A DNA stretch of 64,000 nucleotides, taken from Nemertoderma westbladi (lineage: Eukaryota; Animalia; Xenacoelomorpha). A program made the translations under genes and the position numbers. Below are positions 1-10,300 of this stretch, in pieces (position 1 is the first letter of the stretch; the number at the start of each line of letters is the position of its first letter). The notes beneath the pieces were generated by a model. It saw only the letters and a program-made list of their open reading frames with translations. It ran no database searches and was not told where the DNA came from. Location of the stretch: the NCBI GenBank assembly GCA_032718475.1, contig JAUCBJ010007680.1, positions 62,001 through 126,000 on the forward strand, read 5' to 3'.

Positions 1-1333
1 TTTCAGATGGTAGCTTCTCAACTTGACTTTTTCCTCGATAACAAGCAAGACGGTGACGTTCTAGAACATCATTGGTGTAGAAAGGCGCCAAACACCGTTC
101 ACAATATTTCCTACCTCCAATATGCTTACCTCTTGTATTCATCATCCGATTCAAGTTAGTTATGCAAACATAATGGGATTGTTTTGATTTATTCTTATTT
201 TTTACAAGTAATATATTCAATAACTCTTTATCTGGAGTGATTTTACTAAATGGTGCCTGTCTTAATATAGATACTCGATTGTTGTCGTAGAGTAATAAAT
301 TAATTATATATGCTGAATTCTGTTTTTCAAAAAGTTTAATTGCAAGCGGCCATTCTGTTGGATAATCTTTGTTCCCATTGTCAAAAATAAAATGATTCAT
401 GTAATCTGCGTACTGCGAAGTACGATATTTGTGATCTTTCACTTTGCTACTAAATTTTGCGGCTATAATTGCCCATTTAAAACAGTCATTATCAGCCGTT
501 TGTATATTTATAACACATTGTTTACCTGATAGAGCCTTAGGTAACTCCATATAACCGTGTCCCTTATATAGTAACGATCTACACTTGGATTCAGCTACTT
601 TAATTTCAACCCTTAATAAAGATTTAACGCGCCACCCTGAGCCACGAGTGTTAAACATGGCTATTTTTTGCATTAATTTTTCTAGTACATACTCAAACCA
701 TGTGTCAAAACTTTCATGTGAATCTACGGTATTAACTGCACCACCTGAAGAACTAAAATAGAAAGCTTCTTCTTGATCACCTTCTGAAAAATGTGATCGA
801 TACATGAGTACATTCACACCTAGCCAGGGTCTAAGTACATTCATTTCGCTAAGTTTTCCTAATAATAACGTTTTGATGTGTGGTAGAATATGAACTATCG
901 ATGAATGAATATCAGGAAAATCTTCATCATTTGGAAGATTGTAAACATAGATTTCTAAACGGTTATCGTGTGCGGCTCGTTCGAGGCTAAAAATTGATGG
1001 ACCTTGACCAGATTTCAGTCTTTTTCTAGATGCGACAGTATTGTTTTGGTTCCGTTGTGGTCTAACATGATAATAACGTTGGTGACAGTCGTGACGTAAA
1101 TAATTCTCATATAAATACTCTTTATTACAAGTCGGGCAAGTTTTTTCATACACGCAAAACTTCATTTCTTTACATCCCGTAGTTGTTTCATGTCGTTTGC
1201 ATATTTCTTCACGTGAACATTTCACTCGACAATTAAAACAATTGTATTCTTCAAAATGAGATTTCACATGTGTTAAATAATTTCGTTTAGAAATTTGAAG
1301 AGGACAAAATGGACATTTCAATTGTTTATCCAT
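1..1333 (-). CDS. N-terminal part of a Maverick-type protein-primed DNA polymerase B (partial, open to window edge)
   Basis: Manual translation from ATG at 1333: MDKQLKCPFCP (Zn fingers)...TRGSGWRVKSLLRVEI...GYMELPKALSGKQCVINIQTADNDCFKWAIIAA...SHYVCITNLNRMM...KYCERCLAPFYTNDVLERHRLAC. These GSGW / INI..DN.CF.W / HY..I.NL.R / C.RCL motifs precede the exonuclease-polymerase region in animal Maverick pPolBs. Absent from the ORF track because there is no stop in the window. Confidence 0.8.
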   Translation of the reverse strand, partial: MDKQLKCPFCPLQISKRNYLTHVKSHFEEYNCFNCRVKCSREEICKRHETTTGCKEMKFCVYEKTCPTCNKEYLYENYLRHDCHQRYYHVRPQRNQNNTVASRKRLKSGQGPSIFSLERAAHDNRLEIYVYNLPNDEDFPDIHSSIVHILPHIKTLLLGKLSEMNVLRPWLGVNVLMYRSHFSEGDQEEAFYFSSSGGAVNTVDSHESFDTWFEYVLEKLMQKIAMFNTRGSGWRVKSLLRVEIKVAESKCRSLLYKGHGYMELPKALSGKQCVINIQTADNDCFKWAIIAAKFSSKVKDHKYRTSQYADYMNHFIFDNGNKDYPTEWPLAIKLFEKQNSAYIINLLLYDNNRVSILRQAPFSKITPDKELLNILLVKNKNKSKQSHYVCITNLNRMMNTRGKHIGGRKYCERCLAPFYTNDVLERHRLACYRGKSQVEKLPSE

Positions 1334-1883
1334 CTCTTTATTATCCTAAAAACAATTTAAAATTAATATGAATATTGTTATATATATAATCAAAAAAAAT
1401 TCATAAGCTACTCAACACAAATAAAATATAATATCTAAACTTTAATTAATTTAATATTTTCAGAATGAGCTCGATTGAATCAGTTGAGCTCTTTATATAT
1501 ATATTTCAAGTTTCTACTTATACCAACCAATCATAAATAACAGTTACATTGGAAACTAATATCATAAATAAAGTTGCTTTTACAACTGAATTCTTTATAA
1601 TAAAATCAAGTATAAACCAAGATGTACATAATACGTTTTTAATTTTCATTGATAAAAGTAGGTTTTACATGCTAATGTTTTATTATGGTGGTGTAAACTC
1701 ACGCATATTTACATGGGAATGTTTTATACCTAATCCCGTGCTCACATTAAACTATCACCAATATTTACTCAATAAAGTCACCTTTACATGCAAATACTTT
1801 ATAATAATCACGCTTTGTGATAAAAAGTTACCTTTACAAGTTAGTGTGAAACTGAAAAAGAAAAGTCTCTAGTTAATAATAAA

Positions 1884-2930
1884 TCAATCTGATACTGTTT
1901 TTATATGTTCCTTATTGTAATCTGCTACCTCTTCACTTGCTTTTGTAACTTTTATTTTCGTTGTAGGTATAGAATCATTGTTGGGAATGGAAGATGTTTG
2001 AGATGTAGATCTGCGCTTTCTATCACTCGAGGTCTCTTCGATGTATGTCTTTGGATTAAATGTGGATGAAACTACTTCTGGAAATGACTTATTAACCTTA
2101 AACTTACAAGTTGGTGGATATAGAATCGCGAAACCGTCTGCTATATCAGTTGATGAAACCTTTAACATCATATCGTAGAGAAACTCTATATATGGTATGT
2201 CTTTATCGTAATGTAACTGTAAATATTTGCTTTCCTTGTCTGTAATAATTACTTTTTTTTCTTGTACATTTATTTTTACTTTAAGTCGGTCAGATAAAGC
2301 TACTTTATCGTCCGTATCTAGCTCTGAAAAGACACCTTCGTTACTAATTTCATAATTCCATTCATACCACAATGAATTTACTTCCGATGCTGTTAAGTTA
2401 AACCCATTATAATACCTAAGACCAATAGCGTCAGAATATCTAGCTGAAATCTCCCATAGTCCCATATAAGTCGCTCCTTTATATTTGCTTACAAAACCAA
2501 CAAAAGATGGGTTGGTTAAATTAACAACAGAACACTGATTTATTATTTCGAGTGGTGGTGATAACAATTCTAATATTTCTGTCTTACTCTGAAGCAATAA
2601 ATTAATGAGTGATTTGTTTAGAATTTGACATTTGCCTTGCTTCTGAATATATACGTTTTCAGTAATAACACAGGTTGAAATATTTAACTTTCCTCTTGTA
2701 AATTCTATATTAGGATAAATATTACCTCTTGAAACTGGTGATTCCTTTTGTCGGTTGATTAATATTTCTAAGACGTCTAGAAGGTAGAGTGTATCCAGGT
2801 AAGAGAAGCACGTTGTTACATTGCTATCGCTTGAGAGTAATATAAAGTACTTGCCATAAACAATACTACAGGTATATTTATTAAATGTAAATTTCCAGGT
2901 ATTGCTTGAAGTTTTTTTAAATAAATCCAT
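1884..2930 (-). CDS. Maverick accessory protein, 348 aa, with a PC4-like (ssDNA-binding) segment
   Basis: Intact ATG-to-stop ORF in AT-rich DNA. FVSKYKGATYMGLWE...NGFNLTASEVNSL resembles the PC4 pattern VSVSEFKGK.YVDIRE...KGISLT.EQW..L (recognised by eye). Confidence 0.6.
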   Translation of the reverse strand: MDLFKKTSSNTWKFTFNKYTCSIVYGKYFILLSSDSNVTTCFSYLDTLYLLDVLEILINRQKESPVSRGNIYPNIEFTRGKLNISTCVITENVYIQKQGKCQILNKSLINLLLQSKTEILELLSPPLEIINQCSVVNLTNPSFVGFVSKYKGATYMGLWEISARYSDAIGLRYYNGFNLTASEVNSLWYEWNYEISNEGVFSELDTDDKVALSDRLKVKINVQEKKVIITDKESKYLQLHYDKDIPYIEFLYDMMLKVSSTDIADGFAILYPPTCKFKVNKSFPEVVSSTFNPKTYIEETSSDRKRRSTSQTSSIPNNDSIPTTKIKVTKASEEVADYNKEHIKTVSD

Positions 2931-3562
2931 AATTAGAATGAAAACTATTTTGAAAAATAAAAACTAAATAAATGATTATTAGAATGTAAAACATCGGTTT
3001 ATATGCTTGCTTTAATAAAACAGAGTGACTTACAGTGAGGAATATAGTTGCTTCGTGTAACAGATGCAACGTGTACAGCTAAATTTATTACATTAGCGTG
3101 AGTTAGAGAGTGAAATAGCAGTAACGTGTAACAGATGCAACGTGATCAATGCTAGCCCTGTCATTCTAACTTATATTCAACTTAGTTGATCGACCAGTTA
3201 CATCGATAAAAGAAATCGATTATTATTAATAGTCGAATTAATGTATTCTACGCTATAGTAATTATGTTAAGGAACTAGAAGCTATTTATAAACATCTGCT
3301 ACCAGTGATGAAGATGAAGAATTCAATGACTATGGTATAACTCAGATATTTATCGCCTTTTTCTCTCGAGGTTGGATGGAAGAGTGATTGGTGAGTTGTG
3401 AGGAGTTATATCGGTCCCGGGTTCGAATCCTGTTGAATATTTTGTTATCTGAAAAATTGCAAAATTAAATTTAGTTACTAGTGAAAAATAACGATTTGAA
3501 AAATAGTAGAAGTTACCTGATGCTAAGTGTAGACACCCGAACACCTGTAAAATAAAGGTTGG

Positions 3563-3732
3563 TGATTGGATGCAGTACTAGCGTTGGGTGACTAATAACG
3601 CCTCTAGCGGAATAAGCGGGAACTTGAGAAGTTACCATGGTTACGGATGAAATGCTGACATCTGATTGGTTGAAATAATAACGACCACTGCAAAAGGTTG
3701 AAATGGTGGCTTCTGATTGGATGCAGTACTAG
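3563..3732. promoter_or_regulatory. Repeated CCAAT-box modules in the Maverick terminal region
   Basis: TGATTGGATGCAGTACTAG at 3563-3581 and 3714-3732, plus CTGATTGG at about 3662. Confidence 0.4.
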
Positions 3733-3795
3733 AAATGGATGGTAATGATGGGCTACGGGTGACCATGGCGCCGGGTCACAGTATTGTATACTACT

Positions 3796-4122
3796 GGTAT
3801 CAACCAATCAGAGGGGGGAAAGGCATCGATTAGGTAGAGTAACAAGGCCAACCCGTGCAATATAGCCAGTTGGCAGTAATCATTTCATTCAGTTATCTCA
3901 GTATCATATTGGTGCTAGTTAGGTTAGATAGTTTAGCTAGGGAAGGACCGGGACTTTAGTTACTGTATCCCGCCTTCCGTGTACGACAATCCATATCTAT
4001 ATCTATATCTTTATACCAGTTATTATACACAACGAACGACACGAACTCATTTACTTTCACACACGGCGGGGACGCGTAAACTAACACCGGATAAACCGGG
4101 ATCCTTCCTGGATCCCGTCACA
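3796..4122 (+). repeat. 3' part of the 5' LTR
   Basis: Matches 16604-16930 and ends GTCACA; lacks the first 199 bp present in the 3' LTR. Confidence 0.93.
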
Positions 4123-4222
4123 GTAACTAAACCCTTCGGTAGCTAGTTAAATCGGAGCTGCCGCCCTAGATAAACGTAGCGAGTACCATCGACTACCAGC
4201 CACCAATCTAGAGATAAAGGAG

Positions 4223-7200
4223 ATGAGTCGGTCAGGTGAGACAACGCCGACGCGGACCCCAGACGAAGAATTAACGATCCGCGAGGCCGCAACCAGGCGG
4301 TACAGACCCACAACGCCGGACCCATCGATAACGGGTCATCAGGCAGCTCAGGATGAGGGGGCCGCCTGGAACCCGAGGTCGAGCCGAGAGAAGGAGACGG
4401 AGACGAGTCGACACGAGACACGGATGTCGGTATCGATGTCGCCGGCCAGCCACAGGCCGAAAGCGACGAGCGGCCCACCGAAACGGCGACGGTGGGGCCG
4501 ACGGTACGACGCTGGACCCGAAGAGACGGAGGAGATGTCGGTACCGATGTCGCCGGCCAGCCACAGGCCGAGGGCGACGAGCGGCCCACCGAAACGGCGA
4601 CGGTGGGGCCCACGGTATGACGCCGGACCCGGAGAGACGGAAGAGAGATCGGCGACGAGGACGTCGGGGTTTCTGAGCGACTTCGACGGGCCTACAACGC
4701 GACCCGGAGACTACTGGAGGAGGCCAGAAGAGGGGTGACGATAGACAAGGTAAAACTAAAGAAAGGACTAGGTGAGTCGAATAAACATTTTAATTATCTA
4801 ATGCGCTTCGGGCAAAGAGAACTGGCAAAGGAGAGAGCGAGAGGGGTTGCCGAGGAACTGTATGACTTGTGGCGGTGTAGGGGTATGGAACCTAGCGTAG
4901 TGTACGTAGGGCCATACTTAGTCGATGCCCGGGGATTAAAATTAGTGGGTTGGGAGAGACCTGAGGGGGGCGAATCCGAGGTTAACCCCGAGGATTCGGC
5001 CTCGTCGGTCGGAGGAAGTTCCGGGATGCGGGGGAAAGTCAGTAGGTCGGGAAGGCGGAGGGAGTCCGTCGTAACCGATAAGTCTGCTACATCCTCCGCG
5101 AAAGAAAGACGGGTGAGAGAGATAGATGCCGCGTACCATCTCAACCTGATAGCACAAGGTCAAAGGGAAATAGATAAACGGTTAGAGGAGGGAAGAATGA
5201 TGCTAGAGAGGGAAACGGCATTGATTAGAGAAACCGGAGAGAAGGCCGAAAGGGCCGTGAGAAGCCTTAGGGAGTGTGAGGAAATAGAGAGAAAGGAACA
5301 AGAGGAGCGTGTGGCGGAACGCAAGGAGCGTGTGGCGAGAAAGGAGGCGGAACGCAAGGAGCGTGAGGCGAGAGAGGAGGCGGAACGTAAGGAGCATGAG
5401 GCGAGAGAGGAAAAGGAACGCAAGGAGCGTGAGGCAAGGCGACGGGAGGGAGTTAGGAGAGTGGCAGAGTTGGCCGAACGGAGCGAACGGGAGTGTAGGG
5501 AGAGAATGGCAAGGGAGGAGTACGAGCGAAAAGAATTAGAGAGACGCCAAAGTGAGCTTATGGAGCATAAGATTAGACGCACGCGCGAGCTGCAACTGGC
5601 GCGGGCGGGGGCGTCTGAAAGCGGGGCCGGCTCGAGTATTTTTGAGGAGCCGGGGGCTGTGGATACATTTATTAATACCCCACTTACAGGGACCGCACGA
5701 CAGACCCAAAACTGGTGTGACCGTACGGGCGGGGGGGGGGGGGGGGTAATAACTATAATGCTACAGTAGACGTCGTTAATATTAATAGTACCGTATGGGA
5801 TAACTCTAACCAAACCTTTATTGCAGAAAATAATACTTTACCTAGTAGCAGTAATTTAAATTTAAATACAAATAATAATTTCAATTTGAACGTGCAAAAT
5901 AATCCGAATAGTAATTTAGATTTAGAGAATAATAATAATTCAAATAATTTAAATAATGATCCAAGCCCGAATTTACAAAATAATTCAAATAATTTAAATA
6001 ATGATCCAAGCCCGAATTTACAAAATAATTCAAATGATTTTGTTTCAAACGAACAAATTAATTCCGTTTCCGATATGGGTGCTATTAACGTAAACATGTC
6101 GGGCGTGTATGGCCAGGCAGACGGAGGCCTGGTAGGCCGTATAGTTGGTAGGCAGGGAGTGACTGGGTTGGGTAGACCCAGTGAGGGCCTGGTAGGCCAC
6201 GTAATTGATAGGCAGGGAGTGGCTGGGTCGGGTAGACCCAGCGAGGGCCTGGTAGGCCACGTAGTTGGTAGGCAGGGAGTAGAGGGCCTGGTAGGCCACG
6301 TGATAGCAGAGGGAGAGGCGGGGGTGAATAGACCCGACCGCGGCAGGGTTGATGTGTCGACTAGAGAGGGATATAGTAGCGGGGTGAGGGATAGCAAAAT
6401 TAGATGTGGCGAGTGGGGGGGGGGGGCTACGAGAGCCCCACAACAGCGAGTTAGCGGCGAAAGGGGGGGCAGAGAGTGCTCCGCAGCCGTCAGCGGATAA
6501 TACGCGGGCCAAAATAGGTAAACCGCAACACCCGGCGACAGAAAACAATAGGGGGATTGCGAGTATCCCCAGCGGCGTGCGACCGAGCAGAGAGAGACAG
6601 GTTGACGTCGTAAGGGGGCGGACGAAGCGTCGAGCCCGATCAGAAGAGGGAAGAAGAACAGTGGGGTTTAACCGGGAGGTTGACGAGAGATCTCACGAGC
6701 GGGAACACTCCACTGAAAGGAGAAGAAGAGAAGACAGTAGTAGAAGTATCGCCGCGAACGATAGAAGAACGAGGACGGATAGCGAGCCGTCGGTAGTCGA
6801 GATGAGAACAGAGAGTCAGTGGGGTCGGACTCCGGGAGATTGCCGTCGCCCCGGAGAGATGCGACCTGGTGAGGTGCATTACGCGCCGATGGAGGGGTAC
6901 GCGATGTACCGGTACGAAGACGAGAACAGTAGAGAGGGGGGTCGAAGAGAAACTTTCCGACGGAATACACCTACCGATTGAGAGTACGGTAGCCACGGGG
7001 AGGACTATTCGAGAAGAATAAACTTCGATCCCGAGCGACACATGCAAACTGTAGGACATACTGTAGGCCTTACTGCACATCCAAAGGCCATACTGACAGA
7101 GGATAGCGCGGACAATGGGATTAAACCCGGAAGTCGCGGAATACATACCGGCGGGTAGGCCAGAAGCTGATAGGCCTATACCGGTACCAGTACAGCAGTA

Positions 7201-7369
7201 TGACTACAGCATGCAGGGACATAACATATACCCAGGGGAGGGGGGAATTATTGCGGATAGGTGTATGGGCCCCAACATATTAACATCAACCCCAGTACCA
7301 AACATACCGGTGGGGGGGGGGGACAGGGTGACATTCCCCCATCACAATATCAACAATATACCCCGATAG
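4223..7369 (+). pseudogene. Fragmented N-terminal gag region of the BEL element (low-complexity, coiled-coil, internal repeats)
   Basis: Successive + ORFs 4223-4738, 4735-5769, 5886-6500, 6406-6981 and 7115-7369 switch frame mostly at G runs (about 4733, 5731, 6414, 7312). Includes a 111-bp duplication (MSV.MSPASHRP..TSGPPKRRRWG x2), E/R/K coiled coil, Asn-rich and GLVGHV.GRQGV repeats. Confidence 0.7.
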
Positions 7370-10300
7370 GAGCAAGAACAACGAGACCCTTGGATGAAAA
7401 TAGGTCGTGTGACACAGAAATATGGAGGGGGCCGCTACCTCCAATGACATACCCAAGTCAAAGAAGGTCAAGAAATAGGACGGACGAATCGCACCAGACA
7501 GGAGAAACTATACAGCACCCATCGAATCCATTGGAAGCGCAGGCAATGGGGATGGCCACGTTGATCGATGCGTTGAAAACGAGGATCGAGTTACCACCCG
7601 TGGAACCATTCAAGTTCGATGGGAGTAGGCCGGAAGAATATCTACAGTTTCGGCGCATGTATAGTAACGAAATACTAACAAAAAACTTGACGCAGGCGGA
7701 GTGCCTAAAGTATCTGCAAGTATACACGGGAGGCCCAGCATACGATATCGTGAGGCAATATCAAGGAATAGAGGGCGGCTTCACGACAGCATGGCGGGCA
7801 CTGGATAGGGAATACGGGCACCCGGCCAAGATCATCAGGCAGACGCTGAGAGGCATAACATCGGGTGGCCTACAGGATAATCCCGTTAGCATTAAGGCAT
7901 TCGCTAACAAAGTCGAAAAGGCGCTAATCGTGCTGAAGACGCTAGACGCGCCATACGAGCTCAATGCGTCCAATAACATCACCACGATAGCGCAGGCACT
8001 ACCGAACTGGCTGCGCAATAAGTGGAGGAAGATTGCTTTCTCCACTCGAGACAAGAAGGGTGCGGAACCGGGTTTGGAAGAAATGTCAAGCTTCTTAAAC
8101 TATGAGGCTGAACTAATAACTGACCCAGTCTATAGCGAAGATAGCCTGGGAAAGGGACCGAAGACGGATTACCATAGACCGAAACCGGAGCACAATACAT
8201 CAAACGCATTACCGAGGCTCAGGCAATCATTGCCATATGCAGCGACGCAGGGGACTGCAAGTCCACAGCTAGCCGAAGATAAGACAACACCATGGAACGG
8301 ACAGGGGAACAATAACAACACGAATAAACATAACCCCAGTACGTCCAGTAGGCCGAATCCAAACAATAAGAATAGTAGGGACTTTGGTACAAACGCAGCT
8401 GCGATACGCAATGCACTGTATAAAGAGGGCTACGACCCAAAGAGCAAATGCCAGCTACACGCAAATGCGCTTCATCAAACCATGAACTGCTGGTACTGGC
8501 AGGCGCTACCTAGGCAAGATCAGATAGATTATGCGTCGAGCAATAAAATCTGCTCGCGATGTGTAATGAGTGGACATAGAGCAAGGGAATGCAAGGAGAA
8601 GCCGATCAAGTTTGGTCAAAGGAGAGGCCAAACGATGGCAACAAGCACAGTAGGGGCGAAAAAGAGAGGAACGGTGTTACTTGGAGTAGTACCCGCGCGA
8701 GTGATTGGGGAAGGCAATCGATCAGTAACAACACTAATGCTGGTTGATAGTGGAGCTGCCTTCACATTAGTCGAGGAATGGGTGGCCGAAGAGATAGGAT
8801 TGAGAACGAGGCCAAGCAGAATGGCGGTAACAACCATCTCTAGCAAAGATGAGATCTTGGAGATGAGAACAGGACGGTGCGCAATTGCAGCAGTGGCACC
8901 GGGATGCGACTATGGGGCAACCATCAACCCCATCCAAGTGATAGAGTCAATTAATATCAATGCCAGGCGGCCAACTAACATCGAGGTCGAGCAATATAAA
9001 TTCCTGGACGACATTGACTTCTCAATCCCAGACGTGGACGTTAGGAAGGTATCCATCATAGTAGGAATGGACTGCCCAACGGCCCACGAAAGAATGCAAA
9101 CGGTCTTCGGCGAAGACAAGCAGTGTGACCCGGTGGCGATATTAACACCATTCGGGTGGACGCTGAGTGGCCCAATCAAGAGCAAGATACCATTTAGGAT
9201 GTCGGAGACATCAGGATGCATGTTCGCGGGAACAATGCAGGAAATGGGTGATGAGGGAGCAGAGGAGCAGCTTAAAAGACTGCTCAGACAAGATTTCGAG
9301 GGACTGAAAGAAACCGGGGTCGGGACCTCGGTAAAAGACAAGCAGGCTTTACAAAGCGTGGAGGAATCGATGACATGCGATGAGGGGCGGTATACTATAG
9401 GAATGGTATGGAAACTACCGAAGATACCGCTGCCCGATAATAGAGGGATGGTACTCACGAGACTCCGCAAGCTGAAACAAACACTAAAGCGGAGCCCCGA
9501 GAAGAATGAGTACATCCACAGAACGATTAAGAAGTACGTCGAGAAAGGATGGGCCGTGGAGTTACCGGTCGATGAGCCGAACACGGACAGGACATATTAC
9601 CTGCCACTCCACGTGGCTTTAGACCCAAAGAAAGGTAAACTACGGATGGTAGTCGACGCATCGGCAAAGACCAACGGAAAATGCTTAAACGACTACCTGT
9701 TAGAAGGCCCAAACATATACAACTCGGGCATAGAGGTCCTACTTAGATTTAGGAATGGGAAACACGCCTTCACGTGTTACATAGAAGGCATGTTCAACCA
9801 AGTCCGTGTAACGGAGGAAGATAGCGACAGTCAACGCTTCTTATGGTATAACGGCGAGGAAGAACCGTTGATAATACCGGCATATAAGATGGTAGTACAA
9901 AATATGGGGGCCAAGTCGTCTTCATTCACGACGACTATGGCAGTGAGAGATACAGTAAAAGGGAAGGAAGATAGATACAGCACTAGGGCCGTCGATATGA
10001 TTCGACGCGGCTTCTACGTAGACGACGGAATGGAGTCTGGAAATACGGTTAAGGAGATACTGGACACGGGGCGCGAGGTTCGCGACATCCTAAAAGGATC
10101 CGGCTTTAACCTGACCAAATTCCAATCCAGTTCGGAGGAATTTATCAAGGCGATAGAGGACAAGAGGCCAGAATCGACCATGGATAATCCCACAACAGCC
10201 AAAGGGCAGGACATGGCGAATAAGAGAACAGAATCTCAACAGAAGGCATTGGGAATCGTGTGGAACAGAGAGACAGACGAACTGAAGTATCAGCTGAGCC

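Larger units (their letters stand above)
1..3795 (-). mobile_element. Maverick/Polinton (adintovirus-like) element, terminal arm; continues left of the window
   Basis: Ends in ...GTATTGTATACTACT (minus strand starts AGTAGTATAC, the short-repeat AG terminus typical of Polintons). Contains a pPolB-type ORF. Abuts an LTR cut at GGTATC (candidate 6-bp TSD). Confidence 0.8.

Noticed and set aside
1549-1872. 107-aa + strand ORF
   Set aside because: Non-ATG start, AT-rich intergenic composition, no motifs, opposite to flanking Maverick genes
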